A stretch of 64,000 nucleotides of DNA from Rickettsiales bacterium (GCA_028223895.1 JAOIVE010000002.1:1463-65462), one strand, 5' to 3'. Counted from the stretch's first letter, positions 1 to 11,551 are shown. Numbers and translations are program-made. Notes: generated from the letters alone by a model not told the origin.

Positions 1-1
1 A

Positions 2-202
2 GGGGCTATATATTTATCAGCGATTTGTGTATTGCCGGAATTGTTAATATCGAATTATTCTGTGCCTTTTTACCTTGGTGGTACGAGTCTTTTGATTGTT
101 GTTAATGTTTTACTTGATACAATTACTCAGATTCAAACGCACCTTTTTGCTTATCAGTATGAAGGTTTAATTAAAAAATCTAAACTAAAAGGGCGACGTT
201 AA
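2..202 (+). CDS. secY: Preprotein translocase SecY, C-terminal fragment (5' end lies outside the window)
   Basis: Frame open from the window edge. It translates to ...[44 protein letters not shown], a typical SecY C-terminus. Stop overlaps the adk ATG (TAATG). secY-adk-rpsM synteny. Confidence 0.85.
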   Translation, partial: GAIYLSAICVLPELLISNYSVPFYLGGTSLLIVVNVLLDTITQIQTHLFAYQYEGLIKKSKLKGRR

Positions 203-855
203 TGAGGTTGATTCTTTTGGGTCCTCCTGGAGCAGGTAAGGGAACTCAGGCTTCTTATATAGAGAATAAATATTCAATAATTCAGCTCTCTACAGGAGAC
301 ATGTTGCGTAGCGAAGTTGCCAATTTAACTGATTTGGGTAAGCAGGCTAAGAAAATTATGGATGCTGGTGAGTTGGTATCGGATGATATTATGATATCTA
401 TGATACGCAACAGAATAGTGGCTGAAGATTGTAAAAACGGTTTTATTCTTGATGGCTTCCCAAGGACTACAGCTCAGGCAGAGGCTCTTGATGTGATGTT
501 AAGGGAAGAGTCCATGGGGCTTGATTGTGTGATCGAAATTAAAGTTGATGATGAAGCTTTAATAGAGCGTATAGTTGGAAGGTTTACTTGTGCAGCTTGC
601 GGAGAAGGTTACAATAATAAGTTTAAGAAGCCTGCAAAAGAAGGTGTTTGTGATAAATGTGGATCAACAGAATTTAAGTCTAGAGATGATGATAATGAAA
701 AAACAGTGCGTTCGAGGTTAGAGTCATATCATAGGCAGACAGCTCCATTAATACCTTATTATAAGGAAAAAGGGGTGTTAAAGACTGTTGATGGCATGCT
801 TTTAATAGATGAAGTAACAAAAAATATAGATTATTTATTAAAAAGATTGACTTGA
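202..855 (+). CDS. adk: Adenylate kinase (zinc-lid type)
   Basis: P-loop GPPGAGKGTQ at the N-terminus. Lid has CAAC...CDKC cysteine pairs. Position between secY and rpsM. Confidence 0.97.
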   Translation: MRLILLGPPGAGKGTQASYIENKYSIIQLSTGDMLRSEVANLTDLGKQAKKIMDAGELVSDDIMISMIRNRIVAEDCKNGFILDGFPRTTAQAEALDVMLREESMGLDCVIEIKVDDEALIERIVGRFTCAACGEGYNNKFKKPAKEGVCDKCGSTEFKSRDDDNEKTVRSRLESYHRQTAPLIPYYKEKGVLKTVDGMLLIDEVTKNIDYLLKRLT

Positions 856-920
856 TAGAAAATGTTTTTATCATTGCCGATCTTGTTTAATAGTGATGTT
901 TGTTTTCAAGGAGTTAGATA

Positions 921-1289
921 GTGGCGAGAATTGCCGGGGTAAATATACCGACACAAAAAAGAATTGATATTGCTTTAACTTATATATATGGGATTGGTCG
1001 CAGTTCTGCGCGTAAGATTCTTGATAAGGTTAAGGTTGATGCTTCAAGGAGAGTTCATCAGTTGAGCGATCAGGATCTTATGCTTATCCGTGAGCTTATT
1101 GATGCTGAAATCACTGTTGAGGGTGATTTGCGCAGAGAAGTTTCTATGAATATAAAAACTATGATGGATTTGGGTTCTTACAGAGGCCTTAGACATCGTC
1201 GTAGACTTCCTGTTCGTGGTCAAAGAACTCATACTAATGCAAGAACAAGAAAAGGCAAGTCTAAGCCGATTACTGGTAAGAAGAAATAG
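921..1289 (+). CDS. rpsM: 30S ribosomal protein S13
   Basis: GTG start. [11 protein letters not shown]-terminus and basic C-tail typical of S13. Synteny. Confidence 0.97.
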   Translation: MARIAGVNIPTQKRIDIALTYIYGIGRSSARKILDKVKVDASRRVHQLSDQDLMLIRELIDAEITVEGDLRREVSMNIKTMMDLGSYRGLRHRRRLPVRGQRTHTNARTRKGKSKPITGKKK

Positions 1290-1300
1290 ATAGGGAAGAT

Positions 1301-1696
1301 ATGGCTGTTAAAGAGACCGTTATAAAAAAGAAGCGTAAAGATAGAAAGAATATTGCTGTGGGTGTTGTTCACGTATCAGCTACTTTTAATAATACAATAA
1401 TTACGATTACAGATCTTCAGGGCAATGTTGTGTCCTGGTCGTCTTCTGGAGCTCATGGATTTAAAGGTTCTAGAAAATCTACTCCATATGCTGCTCAGGT
1501 TACAGCAGAACATGCTGGTAAACTGGCTAAAGAGCACGGCATGAAGACAGTTTCAGTTGAAGTTAAAGGTCCTGGGTCAGGCAGAGAGTCTGCTTTGCGT
1601 GCTTTGCAAGCGGTTGGCTTTACTGTTACATCTATAAAAGATGTAACTCCGGTTCCTCATAATGGATGTCGTCGTCGTAAGCGTCGTCGTGTGTAA
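1301..1696 (+). CDS. rpsK: 30S ribosomal protein S11
   Basis: [18 protein letters not shown] core and basic RRRKRRRV end. Follows rpsM. Confidence 0.97.
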   Translation: MAVKETVIKKKRKDRKNIAVGVVHVSATFNNTIITITDLQGNVVSWSSSGAHGFKGSRKSTPYAAQVTAEHAGKLAKEHGMKTVSVEVKGPGSGRESALRALQAVGFTVTSIKDVTPVPHNGCRRRKRRRV

Positions 1697-1756
1697 TAAT
1701 TTTTTATATACTGCTAATTTTATGTATGTAATTAACCCTAATTTAAGGATAGCGTT

Positions 1757-2770
1757 GTGATTTCTAAAAACTGGGATAACTTAATTAAACCTTCGAAAGT
1801 TCAAGTTGAGCCTGGAAGTGCTAGTAATTCTAGGGCTAAGATTGTTGTTGAGCCTTTAGAAGGTGGATTTGGTTTGACTCTTGGTAATGCCTTGCGCAGA
1901 GTGTTATTGTCTTCTTTGCAAGGTGCTGCTGTGACTGCTGTTAAGATAGACGGCGTTGTTCATGAGTTTGATACTATTGAAGGTGTTCTTGAGGACATAA
2001 CTGATGTAGTTCTTAATATTAAATCTATAGTTTTTGCGATGCCAACAAATGATCGCAGACGCTTATCTGTTAATGCAAAAGGTCCTTGTGTGGTTACCGC
2101 AGGCATGATTGAGTCTACAGGCGGCATCGAGGTTGTTAACAAAGATCAGGTTATTTGTCATCTTAATGAAGGTGGTGAGTTTAATGCAGAATTTACAGTT
2201 GAAAGTGGTAAAGGTTATGTTCCTGCAAGCCAGAACAGGCCTACAGATGCTCCAATAGGCTTGATACCTGTTGATTCTTTGTTTAGTCCGGTTAAGCTTG
2301 TATCTTATAAGGTTGAAAATAGTCGTGTTGGTCAGATTACTGACTATGATAAGCTTTATCTTGATGTGACTACCGATGGAACTATTGATCCTGAAATGGC
2401 AGTTTCTTTAGCAGCCAGAATATTGCAGGATCAATTGAAGCCATTTATTTCTTTTGAAGAAGTTGAAGAAGATAAAGAAGAAGAAGAAGAAGAGCTTCCA
2501 TTTGATAAGAATTTACTTCGCAAGGTTGATGAGTTAGAGCTGTCTGTTCGTTCTCAAAATTGCCTGAAAAACGATAATATTGTTTATATTGGTGATTTGG
2601 TTCGTAAAACAGAAGGTGAGATGCTTAAAACTCCTAACTTTGGTCGTAAGTCGTTGAATGAGATTAAAGAAGTTCTTGCTAATATGGGGCTGAGATTTGG
2701 TATGGAAGTTGAAGCTTGGCCACCAGAAAATATAGAAGATCTTGCTAAGAGATATGAGGATCCATACTAG
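1757..2770 (+). CDS. rpoA: DNA-directed RNA polymerase subunit alpha
   Basis: GTG start. N-terminal and C-terminal domains joined by a poly-Glu linker ([13 protein letters not shown]). Lies between rpsK and rplQ. Confidence 0.97.
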   Translation: MISKNWDNLIKPSKVQVEPGSASNSRAKIVVEPLEGGFGLTLGNALRRVLLSSLQGAAVTAVKIDGVVHEFDTIEGVLEDITDVVLNIKSIVFAMPTNDRRRLSVNAKGPCVVTAGMIESTGGIEVVNKDQVICHLNEGGEFNAEFTVESGKGYVPASQNRPTDAPIGLIPVDSLFSPVKLVSYKVENSRVGQITDYDKLYLDVTTDGTIDPEMAVSLAARILQDQLKPFISFEEVEEDKEEEEEELPFDKNLLRKVDELELSVRSQNCLKNDNIVYIGDLVRKTEGEMLKTPNFGRKSLNEIKEVLANMGLRFGMEVEAWPPENIEDLAKRYEDPY

Positions 2771-2821
2771 GATTTTTGATTATAATTTAAATTTTTTAGA
2801 GTTAATTACGGGTAGAAGAAA

Positions 2822-3244
2822 ATGCGTCACGGTATAAAAGGACGGAAGTTAAATAGAACTAAAGCACATAGAAGAGCTTTATTTGCTAATGTAGCAGCTG
2901 CTTTGTTGAAGCATGAGCAAATTAAAACTACACTTCCAAAAGCTAAAGAGATACGTCCAATAGTTGAGAAGCTTATAACATTAGGTAAGCGTGGTGATTT
3001 GCATGCCAGGCGTCAAGCTTTAGCTTTTATTTATGATGAAGCGCAAGTTAATAAATTGTTTGATTCTTTGGCAAAACGCTATAAAGATAGAAATGGCGGA
3101 TATACTCGTATTATTAAAGCTGGTTTCAGATATGGAGATGCGTCTCCTATGGCGATCATAGAGTTGGTTGACAGAGATGAGTCTGAAAAAGGTAAAGATT
3201 CAGGACCTGTTCTTGTTGATGAGTCGCAAGAGGAAGCTGCTTAG
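2822..3244 (+). CDS. rplQ: 50S ribosomal protein L17
   Basis: [21 protein letters not shown]-terminus. Acidic C-terminal extension ending ...SQEEAA. Confidence 0.97.
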   Translation: MRHGIKGRKLNRTKAHRRALFANVAAALLKHEQIKTTLPKAKEIRPIVEKLITLGKRGDLHARRQALAFIYDEAQVNKLFDSLAKRYKDRNGGYTRIIKAGFRYGDASPMAIIELVDRDESEKGKDSGPVLVDESQEEAA

Positions 3245-3273
3245 ATAATTTTAAATTGTTTGGGGGAATTTTA

Positions 3274-3828
3274 ATGCGATTATTTGCTGTTATAAAGTTT
3301 TTTATAATTTTTATATTAATATCATTTGGTGCTATGGCTGAAGTTGATTTAGAGAATACTTTAATATTAAAGCTTAAGGATGGTGACGTTCTTATAGAGA
3401 TGAGACCTGACCTTGCTCCAAAGCATGTTGCTCGCATTAAAGAATTGGCCAGAGAAAAATTTTATGATGGTGTTCCTTTTCATAGGGTTATAGAAGGTTT
3501 TATGGCTCAGACTGGTGATCCTACTGGCACTGGTATGGGTGGTTCTGATAAGCCCGATCTTCCTGCAGAGTTTAACGATAGTGAATCTCATGTTCGCGGC
3601 TCTGTTTCTATGGCTCGTTCTCAAAATCCAAATAGTGCAAATAGTCAGTTTTTTATAGTATATGAAGAATCTTCGTTTCTTGATGGGAAATATACTATAT
3701 GGGGAAAAGTTGCAAGGGGCATGGAGTTAATAGATAATATCAAGAAAGGTGATCCTGCTGAAAATGGTACTGTAGTTGATCCTGATAAAATAATTAGTGT
3801 TCGTGTGGCTGCAGATACTAAAAATTAG
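3274..3828 (+). CDS. Cyclophilin-type peptidyl-prolyl cis-trans isomerase with N-terminal signal-like helix
   Basis: The ORF-track start at 3256 is TTG. The ATG at 3274 follows a GGGGGA Shine-Dalgarno. FHRVIEGFMAQTGDP and NSANSQFFI cyclophilin motifs. Confidence 0.9.
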   Translation: MRLFAVIKFFIIFILISFGAMAEVDLENTLILKLKDGDVLIEMRPDLAPKHVARIKELAREKFYDGVPFHRVIEGFMAQTGDPTGTGMGGSDKPDLPAEFNDSESHVRGSVSMARSQNPNSANSQFFIVYEESSFLDGKYTIWGKVARGMELIDNIKKGDPAENGTVVDPDKIISVRVAADTKN

Positions 3829-3850
3829 TTTTGTGAATATTTTTATCTTA

Positions 3851-3881
3851 AAACCGGGGCTTTCTGCACCCGGTTTTTTTA
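3851..3881 (+). terminator. Rho-independent terminator after the PPIase gene
   Basis: AAAACCGGG / CCCGGTTTTTTT hairpin followed by a T-run, 23 nt after the stop codon. Confidence 0.75.
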
Positions 3882-3902
3882 TGTTAGAAGCGGTTTTATT
3901 TA

Positions 3903-4931
3903 ATGTTAGTTAGTGACTTTCAGTTTGATTTACCTAATGATTTGATAGCTCAAGACCCGGCATCTAAAAGGGATGAAGCCAGGATGCTGCATATCTCTTC
4001 CTCAAATATTGAAGATAAGATGATAAAAGATTTATCAGATTTAGTTGTTCCTGGAGATTTATTTATTTTTAATGATACGAAAGTTATTCCAGCCAGAATG
4101 ACAGGAAATACTACCAGCGGTGCAAAAGTTGAGATAACCCTCCATAAAAAGGAATCTTCAAATAGATGGAAGGCGTTTGCCAAGCCGGCTAAAAAATTGA
4201 AAGTTGGTGATAAGCTTATAATTTCAGATGATTTTTATGCTACTGTTAAGAGTAAGGATGAAGGCGATATTTTATTTGAATTTTCTGTTGCTGATGAGGA
4301 TTTATGGAAAAATATTGATAAATACGGCTCTCTTCCTTTGCCGCCTTATATTGATAGAAAAAAAGGTTTGAAGGAAAATGACGAAGATCGCTACCAAACT
4401 ATTTATGCTAAAAATCCAGGAGCGGTTGCAGCTCCAACTGCTGGCCTTCATTTTACAAATGAAATGATCGATGAGCTAAAGCAAAAAGGTGCAAATGTTG
4501 CTTATGTGACTTTGCATGTTGGCGCAGGAACATTTTTGCCGGTTAAGGTTAATGATACTAAAGACCATGTAATGCATTCTGAATATGGAATTATATCTGA
4601 ATCTGTTGCAGATTTAATAAATCAAACTAAAAAAAATGGGAAAAGAGTAATTGCAGTTGGAACTACATCATTGCGTTTGCTGGAAAGTGCTGCAACTGAT
4701 TTTGGGAAAATTGCTCCGTTTAATTGCGAAACTGATATTTTTATTACTCCTGGTTATAAGTTTAAAATAATTGATGCTTTGGTTACAAATTTTCATTTGC
4801 CCGGATCAACTTTATTTATGTTGGTTAGTGCTTTGGCCGGACTGGAGAAAATGAAAAAAGCTTATAATTATGCAATAGAGAAAAAATATCGCTTTTATTC
4901 ATATGGCGATGCATCATTTATAGAAGGTTGA
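3903..4931 (+). CDS. queA: S-adenosylmethionine:tRNA ribosyltransferase-isomerase
   Basis: N-terminus [26 protein letters not shown] and C-terminal [10 protein letters not shown] motif typical of QueA. Adjacent to tgt. Confidence 0.95.
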   Translation: MLVSDFQFDLPNDLIAQDPASKRDEARMLHISSSNIEDKMIKDLSDLVVPGDLFIFNDTKVIPARMTGNTTSGAKVEITLHKKESSNRWKAFAKPAKKLKVGDKLIISDDFYATVKSKDEGDILFEFSVADEDLWKNIDKYGSLPLPPYIDRKKGLKENDEDRYQTIYAKNPGAVAAPTAGLHFTNEMIDELKQKGANVAYVTLHVGAGTFLPVKVNDTKDHVMHSEYGIISESVADLINQTKKNGKRVIAVGTTSLRLLESAATDFGKIAPFNCETDIFITPGYKFKIIDALVTNFHLPGSTLFMLVSALAGLEKMKKAYNYAIEKKYRFYSYGDASFIEG

Positions 4932-4935
4932 GTTT

Positions 4936-6048
4936 ATGAATAAATTCTCATTTGAAATTAAGGCAGTTGACGGCAAATCAAGAATGGGGGTTGTAAAAAC
5001 TGCTCATGGTGAGATACAAACTCCGGCTTTTATGCCCGTTGGAACTGCAGCTACTGTAAAAGCAATGTTTCCAGAGTCGGTCAAGCAGACAGGTGCTGAT
5101 ATAATTTTAGGCAATACATATCATTTGATGCTCAGACCCGGCGCTGAGAGAGTTAACCGCTTGGGCGGATTGCATAAATTTATGAATTGGGATGGTCCAA
5201 TTTTGACAGATTCCGGTGGTTTTCAGGTTATGTCGCTATCGAAAATCCGTAAATTATCTGAAAAAGGTGTTGAATTCAGGTCTCATATAGATGGTAGCAG
5301 ACAAATGTTAACGCCAGAAAGGTCTATGGAAATACAGCATCTTCTGGGTTCTGATATTACCATGATTTTCGATGAGTGTACTCAATATCCTGCAACAAAT
5401 ATTGAGGCTGCAAAATCTATGAGATTATCTTTGCGTTGGGCGCAGCGCTCTAAAAATTCATTCATTGAGCGTAAAGGATATGGGCTTTTTGGAATTGTTC
5501 AGGGCGGAATATATGAAGATCTTCGTGCAGAGTCGGCAGAAGGTTTAAAAGAAATAGGCTTTGATGGGTATGCGATCGGAGGCTTAGCAGTAGGTGAGGG
5601 GCAGGAATTAATGTTTTCTACGCTTGATTTTACAACGCCAAATCTTCCTGAAGATAAGCCAAGATATTTGATGGGAGTAGGAAAGCCAGATGATATTGTT
5701 GGTGCTGTTTTAAGAGGTGTCGATATGTTTGACTGTGTTTTGCCTACAAGGTCAGGGCGTAACGGTCAGGCATTTACTCGCAATGGCACGATAAATATTC
5801 GCAACTCTAAATATGCTGAAGACGATTCTCCACTGGATAATTTATGTTCTTGTCCGGCCTGTAGCTCATATAGCCGAGCTTATTTGCATCATCTTGTTAA
5901 GGCTAAAGAAATATTGGGATCTATGCTTATGAGCTGGCATAATATCCATTATTATCAGGACTTAATGAGAGATATTAGAAGTTCTATATTAAGTAATTCT
6001 TTAGAAGATTTTGCCGTTAAGTTTTTTTCTGTTTATAATGCAAAATAA
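4936..6048 (+). CDS. tgt: Queuine tRNA-ribosyltransferase
   Basis: [24 protein letters not shown] and the zinc motif CSCPAC...H. Follows queA. Confidence 0.96.
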   Translation: MNKFSFEIKAVDGKSRMGVVKTAHGEIQTPAFMPVGTAATVKAMFPESVKQTGADIILGNTYHLMLRPGAERVNRLGGLHKFMNWDGPILTDSGGFQVMSLSKIRKLSEKGVEFRSHIDGSRQMLTPERSMEIQHLLGSDITMIFDECTQYPATNIEAAKSMRLSLRWAQRSKNSFIERKGYGLFGIVQGGIYEDLRAESAEGLKEIGFDGYAIGGLAVGEGQELMFSTLDFTTPNLPEDKPRYLMGVGKPDDIVGAVLRGVDMFDCVLPTRSGRNGQAFTRNGTINIRNSKYAEDDSPLDNLCSCPACSSYSRAYLHHLVKAKEILGSMLMSWHNIHYYQDLMRDIRSSILSNSLEDFAVKFFSVYNAK

Positions 6049-6151
6049 CTCCAAAAATTCTTTTTTACTTTGCATAAAAGATTATAATGTGCATACTCGT
6101 GGGCGTACAAACATACAATCCTATGTTTAATTATAGAAAGGATAAGCTCAA

Positions 6152-6637
6152 TTGTTAAACGCATTGATTCTCTTTTTGATGTTGCTTGTTACATGGCTTC
6201 TTCTGTCTGGTTTTTTTACTCCTTTTTTTATTATTTTGGGAGTTGTAAGCTGCGCAATTACTGTTTTTGTAAGTATAAGGATGTATGCAGGCTTTCCTAA
6301 AATAAATGGTTTGTTGATTAAAATAATAAAGATGCCAATTTATCTTATATGGCTTATTAAAGAGATAGTAGTGTCTTCGATTTCTGTTTCTCTTAAGGTC
6401 TGGCAGGTTAAACCTGATATTTCTCCTAAGACTGCGTGGGTTTCAAACCGTCAGATTGATGATTTGGGAATGGCAGCTTTGGCTAATTCTATTACTTTAA
6501 CTCCGGGTACTGTCGCTATATCTGTACGCAAAGGCCTTGTTCAGGTGCATGCTTTGGAGGAAAAATCTATTGATGAGCTTCGTCAGGGTGGTATGGATAG
6601 CAAGGTTGGCTGGTATATTAATGGGTGGAGAGATTAA
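6152..6637 (+). CDS. mrpE: Mrp/Mnh cation:proton antiporter subunit E
   Basis: TTG start after an AAGGA SD. Two N-terminal TM helices plus the ITLTPGT motif typical of MnhE. First gene of the Mrp cluster. Confidence 0.8.
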   Translation: MLNALILFLMLLVTWLLLSGFFTPFFIILGVVSCAITVFVSIRMYAGFPKINGLLIKIIKMPIYLIWLIKEIVVSSISVSLKVWQVKPDISPKTAWVSNRQIDDLGMAALANSITLTPGTVAISVRKGLVQVHALEEKSIDELRQGGMDSKVGWYINGWRD

Positions 6638-6891
6638 TGCTTGAAGGTGCTATTATTGCAGTTTTAATTAGCATGGGGATGATAATATTGAGGTCTATAT
6701 TTGGCCCGACAATATTTGATAGAATTCTGGCTGTTAATAGCTTTGGAACGAATGTTGTTGTTTTAATTGCAATGATTGGGCATTTTATAGGAACGGCATT
6801 TTTTCTTGATGTTGCAATTACATATGCGTTGATAAATTTCATAACCACTATTGCTTTATTGCGTTATTTTAAATTTGCTGATGAGGTTTAA
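6625..6891 (+). CDS. mrpF: Mrp/Mnh antiporter subunit F
   Basis: 88-aa three-TM protein with GPTIFDRILA motif. Overlaps the mrpE end. Confidence 0.8.
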   Translation: MERLMLEGAIIAVLISMGMIILRSIFGPTIFDRILAVNSFGTNVVVLIAMIGHFIGTAFFLDVAITYALINFITTIALLRYFKFADEV

Positions 6892-6895
6892 TTTA

Positions 6896-7213
6896 ATGGA
6901 TCAGTTACTAGAGATTGCAAGTTGGTTTTTTATGATAGCAGGGGCATTTTTTGTTCTGACTGGATCTTTGGGGCTTCTTAGAATGCCTGATTTTTATACC
7001 AGATTACATCCGGCTGGGGTGACTGATTCATTTGGAGCGCCTTTGATATTGGTTGGTATTGCTCTGCAATCAAGCGATTCTGTATTTATTGGTAAGATAG
7101 TTCTTCTTATTATATTCCTTTTTCTCACAGGTCCAACATCTACTCATGCAGTTGCAAAGTCGGCTATGTTAAGTGGCGTTAGACCTATTGGTAAGGGGGA
7201 TGATAAGTTATAA
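6896..7213 (+). CDS. mrpG: Mrp/Mnh antiporter subunit G
   Basis: The ATG at 6896 follows a GAGG SD (ORF-track start 6851 is probably too long). LGLLRMPDFYTRLH motif typical of MnhG. Confidence 0.8.
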   Translation: MDQLLEIASWFFMIAGAFFVLTGSLGLLRMPDFYTRLHPAGVTDSFGAPLILVGIALQSSDSVFIGKIVLLIIFLFLTGPTSTHAVAKSAMLSGVRPIGKGDDKL

Positions 7214-7758
7214 TGACTCTGGAGTTGATACTAAATTTCGTAGTTCTTTTTCTTTTGCTTATAACTGCAATCGCAGTTGTTCGCACCAGAAATCTTCTTC
7301 CTGCAACTATATTGCTAAGTGCTTTTAGTTTGCTTATGGCGACGCAATATTTGATTCTTGGCGCTCCTGATGTTGCTATAACTGAGGCTGCTGTGGGTGC
7401 TGGAATTAGTACTATATTACTATTGCTGGCATTATTCATGGTTGGCGATAAGGAAGAAAAATCTAAAGAAAAAAGCATTATTCCGGCTATAGTAGTTTGT
7501 TTTGTGGCGGTTTCTTTGATCTATGTTGTTATTGACATGCCTGCTGTTGGTGATCCTAATTCTCCTGCAAGTTTATATCTTTCTCCATACTATATAGAAA
7601 AATCTGCGAGCGAAATTGGTATTCCTAATATAGTTACCTCTATTTTAGCAAGTTATCGTGGCTATGATACTTTTGGCGAGACAATTGTGATTTTTACTGC
7701 GGCAGTAGCAATATTAATGCTGCTTGGTAAGTCTGGTAATAAGGGGCGTAAATCATGA
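7213..7758 (+). CDS. MrpA-C-terminal/MbhD-like (DUF4040) fused to MnhB-type segment
   Basis: ATGA overlap with mrpG. Polytopic. SYRGYDTFGETIV motif characteristic of the MnhB family. The N-terminal half resembles DUF4040/MbhD. Confidence 0.65.
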   Translation: MTLELILNFVVLFLLLITAIAVVRTRNLLPATILLSAFSLLMATQYLILGAPDVAITEAAVGAGISTILLLLALFMVGDKEEKSKEKSIIPAIVVCFVAVSLIYVVIDMPAVGDPNSPASLYLSPYYIEKSASEIGIPNIVTSILASYRGYDTFGETIVIFTAAVAILMLLGKSGNKGRKS

Positions 7759-8171
7759 ATGATCATGTGGTTCTAAGAGTAATCAGCAGAATTTTGATAC
7801 CATTTATTTTTATGTATGGTCTTTATATTCAGCTTCATGGTGAATATAGCCCTGGGGGTGGTTTTCAGGCTGGTGTGATATGTGCTTCTGCGTTTATTTT
7901 ATATGGAATTATAAATGGCCTTGAAGAAGTAATGAAAGTTGCACCTTTGCCTGCAATTAAATTTCTTAGTAGCTTCGGAGTTTTACTTTATGCCGCTGTT
8001 GGATTTTTTGCGATGTTTAAGGGTGGTAATTTTCTTAATTACTCGGCTATTTTGTCAGACCCGGTTGCTGGTCAAAAACTTGGAATAATAGTTATTGAAC
8101 TTGGTGTTGGGATAACTGTATTTTCGGTTATTATGTTAATTTTTTATATATTTGGTGCAAGGTCTAGCTAG
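7755..8171 (+). CDS. mrpB: Mrp/Mnh antiporter subunit B-like membrane protein
   Basis: 138-aa four-TM protein with GGGFQAGV motif. Overlaps the previous gene. Precedes mrpC. Confidence 0.7.
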   Translation: MNDHVVLRVISRILIPFIFMYGLYIQLHGEYSPGGGFQAGVICASAFILYGIINGLEEVMKVAPLPAIKFLSSFGVLLYAAVGFFAMFKGGNFLNYSAILSDPVAGQKLGIIVIELGVGITVFSVIMLIFYIFGARSS

Positions 8172-8546
8172 GTGGAAATTTTACAGTCATATAACTATTT
8201 AGTAAGTGTTTTGCTGATGATGATCGGTTTCTACGGTGTTATAACCCGAGGAAATCTGGTTAAAAAGCTTATGGGTTTGTCTATATTTCAGGTTTCTGTT
8301 CTGCTTCTTTATGTATCGGAAGGTAAGATTGATGGCGGTTCTGCTCCTATAATTATAGAAAGAGTAGTCAAGTATGTTAACCCTATACCACATGTTTTAA
8401 TGCTTACAGCTATTGTGGTTGGTGTTGCTGTTATGGCTGTGGGTTTAGCTATTGTTGTTCGTATAAAAGAAGAATATGGCACTATAGAAGAAGATGAAAT
8501 TGTCGCAATAGATGCAGAATTTAATCAACAAGAAAAGAAAAAATGA
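8172..8546 (+). CDS. mrpC: Mrp/Mnh antiporter subunit C (NuoK-like)
   Basis: GTG start. Three-TM NuoK-like protein of about 120 aa (LTAIVVG motif). Position before the D subunits. Confidence 0.8.
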   Translation: MEILQSYNYLVSVLLMMIGFYGVITRGNLVKKLMGLSIFQVSVLLLYVSEGKIDGGSAPIIIERVVKYVNPIPHVLMLTAIVVGVAVMAVGLAIVVRIKEEYGTIEEDEIVAIDAEFNQQEKKK

Positions 8547-10036
8547 TTGAAAATAATTTACCAGCTTTGCAGGTTGTTATAACATTGGTGGCGGCTCCTA
8601 TTTGCGCTATGTTACCTCGTGCAAATATTGCATGGCTTTTCACTTCTATTGCAACTGCTTTGGCCTTTGCCGTCTCTATTATGTTGACTATATCGGTTTA
8701 TGGTGGGGAGGTTATTTCCTATGAGATGGGTAATTGGAAGGCTCCTTTTGGAATAGTTTATCAGGTTGATATGCTTTCGGCCTTGATGTTAGTTTTAATT
8801 TCCGGCATGGGTTTTATTGTTGCTTTGTATGGATACTCAAGTGTTAAAGCTGAAATAGAAAAAGAAAAGCGTCCTTTATTTTACTCTACATATCTTTTGT
8901 GCTTATCGGGTCTTTTGGGAATAGTTATAACTAATGATGCATTTAATGTTTATGTATTTTTAGAAATTTCATCTCTTGCCACATATGCTCTTATTGCTAT
9001 GGGTAAGGACAGGCGCGCTTTACTGTCATCTTTTGAATATTTAATTTTGGGAACTATTGGTGCTACCTTTATTCTTATAGGGATTGGCCTGATATATTCG
9101 ATGCTGGGAACTTTAAATATAAATGATATGGCTTCAAAAATATCTTTAGCAGAAGATTCTCTTCCAATAAAAGCTGCGCTGGTATTTTTTGTAATTGGTG
9201 TTGCTTTAAAGATCGCAATGTTTCCTTTGCATTTATGGTTGGTTAACTCCTATACAAATGCGCCGTCTATGGCGAGTTCTTTTCTGTCGGCAACTGCTAC
9301 TAAGGTTGGCATATATGTTTTGATACGTGTGATATACTCAATATTCGGAGCTGAGTATGTTTTTGCAGCTTTCCCATTGGGTAAAATACTTGTGACATTT
9401 GGTGTTCTTGCAATATTAGCAGGATCTATGGTTGCTATGTTTCAGGATAATGTTAAGCGCATGCTTGCATATTCTTCAGTTGCCCAAATTGGGTATATAA
9501 TTTTAGCTATAGGTTTGAAGTCAGAGTTGGCCTTGGCTGCTGCTTTAATTCATATTTGCGCGCATGCAATTTCAAAAGGTGCTTTATTCATGTCGGTAGG
9601 TTGCGTTTCGTTGCAAAAAGAAGGATCAAGATTTAGCGACTTTAAGGGCGTAGGAAAAGAAATGCCTATGACTATGATGGTATTTGTCATTGCCGGTTTA
9701 AGCCTTGTTGGAGTTCCTTTCACTGCCGGATTTATTAGCAAGTGGTATTTATTGCAGGCATCTTTAGGCGTAGATTTATGGCTGGTGTTTATATTGCTTA
9801 TTTTTAGCTCTCTTTTGGCTTTAATATATATTTGGAGAGTAGTTGAATATGCTTTCTTTATGGAGCCTGATAAAGGAAGCGTAGTTGCTAAAGAATCAGG
9901 GTTTTCTCTTTTGATTCCTATGTGGGCTTTGATAGTTGCGATAGTATTTTTTGGAGTATATTCATCACCAATTACTAAGATTGCTATGAGTATTGCTCAA
10001 TCTTTAATTGGCATAAACATATCAAATCAAGGATAA
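8543..10036 (+). CDS. mrpD: Mrp antiporter subunit D (NuoM/N-like proton-conducting subunit)
   Basis: 497-aa polytopic protein. PLHLWL...AP...S..LSA...K.G motif and the AYSSVAQIGY signature of complex-I antiporter-like subunits. Confidence 0.85.
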   Translation: MIENNLPALQVVITLVAAPICAMLPRANIAWLFTSIATALAFAVSIMLTISVYGGEVISYEMGNWKAPFGIVYQVDMLSALMLVLISGMGFIVALYGYSSVKAEIEKEKRPLFYSTYLLCLSGLLGIVITNDAFNVYVFLEISSLATYALIAMGKDRRALLSSFEYLILGTIGATFILIGIGLIYSMLGTLNINDMASKISLAEDSLPIKAALVFFVIGVALKIAMFPLHLWLVNSYTNAPSMASSFLSATATKVGIYVLIRVIYSIFGAEYVFAAFPLGKILVTFGVLAILAGSMVAMFQDNVKRMLAYSSVAQIGYIILAIGLKSELALAAALIHICAHAISKGALFMSVGCVSLQKEGSRFSDFKGVGKEMPMTMMVFVIAGLSLVGVPFTAGFISKWYLLQASLGVDLWLVFILLIFSSLLALIYIWRVVEYAFFMEPDKGSVVAKESGFSLLIPMWALIVAIVFFGVYSSPITKIAMSIAQSLIGINISNQG

Positions 10037-10051
10037 GGGACGAAAAGGACT

Positions 10052-11536
10052 ATGGAAGAAAATATAGTTCAGTTAGGTTGGGTTTTTGCATTTCCTTTGG
10101 TTGCATTTCTTGTTGCATCAATCATAAGGAACGCCAATCTTCGTGATGCATCTATAATATTAATTGCAGTTGGTATGTTTGCCTATGTGGTTAATATATT
10201 ACTGGCATTTAACAGTGGTAGCTTATCCGAATTTATTTTGTGGGATATGCTGGGCGGCATACAGATAGCATTTTCTGTTGAACCTCTGGGGATGATCTTT
10301 GCGCTTGTTTTGTCATTTTTATGGGGCGTCACTAGTCTTTATTCTATAGGATATATGCGCGGTAATAAGGAAAAAAGTCAGGGGCGTTTTTCTGCATTTT
10401 TTGCGTTATCTATATTTGCAGCTCTTGGTATAGCTTTTGCAAAAAACATGTTCACATTATTTATATTTTATGAATTGCTGACTTTATGTACATATCCGCT
10501 TGTAACTCATCATGGTAACGATGAAGCAAAGCGAGGAGGGCGGGTATATCTTGGTATATTAATATTTACTTCTGTTGTACTTTTATTACCGGCGATAATA
10601 ATTACATATAATGTTTCTGGAACGTTAGACTTTGCAGAAGGTGGTATTTTAGCAGATAAAATTACACCAATAATGACGGGTATATTGCTGGCGTTATATA
10701 TGTTTGGAATAGGCAAGGCTGCTCTTATGCCTATTCATCGCTGGCTGCCTGCTGCTATGGTTGCCCCAACTCCGGTTAGTGCGCTTCTTCATGCGGTGGC
10801 GGTTGTTAAAGCGGGTGTATTTACAATTTTAAAGGTGATAATTTATATATTTGGTTATGATAATTTATATAAATTAATTCAGCAGGAATTCTGGAGCGCG
10901 GGGTGGCTGATTTATATATCAGGTTTTACCATAATTGCTGCCTCTGTAATTGCATTAAATCAGGATAATTTAAAAAGGCGTCTGGCATATTCGACTGTTA
11001 GCCAGCTATCTTATGTTATTATGGCCGCTGCTATATTGGTGCCAAAATCGATAGTTGCCGCAGCATTTCATATAGCTGCACATGCATTTGGTAAAATTAC
11101 ATTATTCTTTGCTGCTGGTGCTATATATACTGCTTCAAAGAAAAAGAAGGTTAGTCAGTTATCGGGAATAGGAAAGCGCATGCCAATTACTATGACTGCA
11201 TTTGCTATTGCATCTTTTTCGATGATAGGAATACCGCCAACAGTTGGTTTTTTATCTAAATGGTATATGTTAGGCGGCGCATTGGAGCAGGAGCAGTTTT
11301 TTGTTTTGATAGTCATTGCGGCAAGTACGATTTTAAATGCTGGTTATTTTCTTCCGATTGTTTACAAGGCATTTTTTGAGAATGAAAAGCAAAGTAGCGG
11401 TGTTGCTAACTATAAAAATCATGGTGAGGCGCCGATTGCTATATTGATAGCAATTTCTATAACCGCTTTTGCAGTGTTAGCGTTATTCTTTGTTCCGGGA
11501 TATTTCCTTGATTTGGCAGGTGATTTAGCAAAATAA
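10052..11536 (+). CDS. mrpD: Second MrpD/NuoM/N-like proton-conducting subunit
   Basis: HRWLPAAMVAPTPVSALLHAVAVVKAG and AYSTVSQLSY motifs. 494 aa, polytopic. Confidence 0.85.
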   Translation: MEENIVQLGWVFAFPLVAFLVASIIRNANLRDASIILIAVGMFAYVVNILLAFNSGSLSEFILWDMLGGIQIAFSVEPLGMIFALVLSFLWGVTSLYSIGYMRGNKEKSQGRFSAFFALSIFAALGIAFAKNMFTLFIFYELLTLCTYPLVTHHGNDEAKRGGRVYLGILIFTSVVLLLPAIIITYNVSGTLDFAEGGILADKITPIMTGILLALYMFGIGKAALMPIHRWLPAAMVAPTPVSALLHAVAVVKAGVFTILKVIIYIFGYDNLYKLIQQEFWSAGWLIYISGFTIIAASVIALNQDNLKRRLAYSTVSQLSYVIMAAAILVPKSIVAAAFHIAAHAFGKITLFFAAGAIYTASKKKKVSQLSGIGKRMPITMTAFAIASFSMIGIPPTVGFLSKWYMLGGALEQEQFFVLIVIAASTILNAGYFLPIVYKAFFENEKQSSGVANYKNHGEAPIAILIAISITAFAVLALFFVPGYFLDLAGDLAK

Positions 11537-11551
11537 TATTGGCAGAGTTTT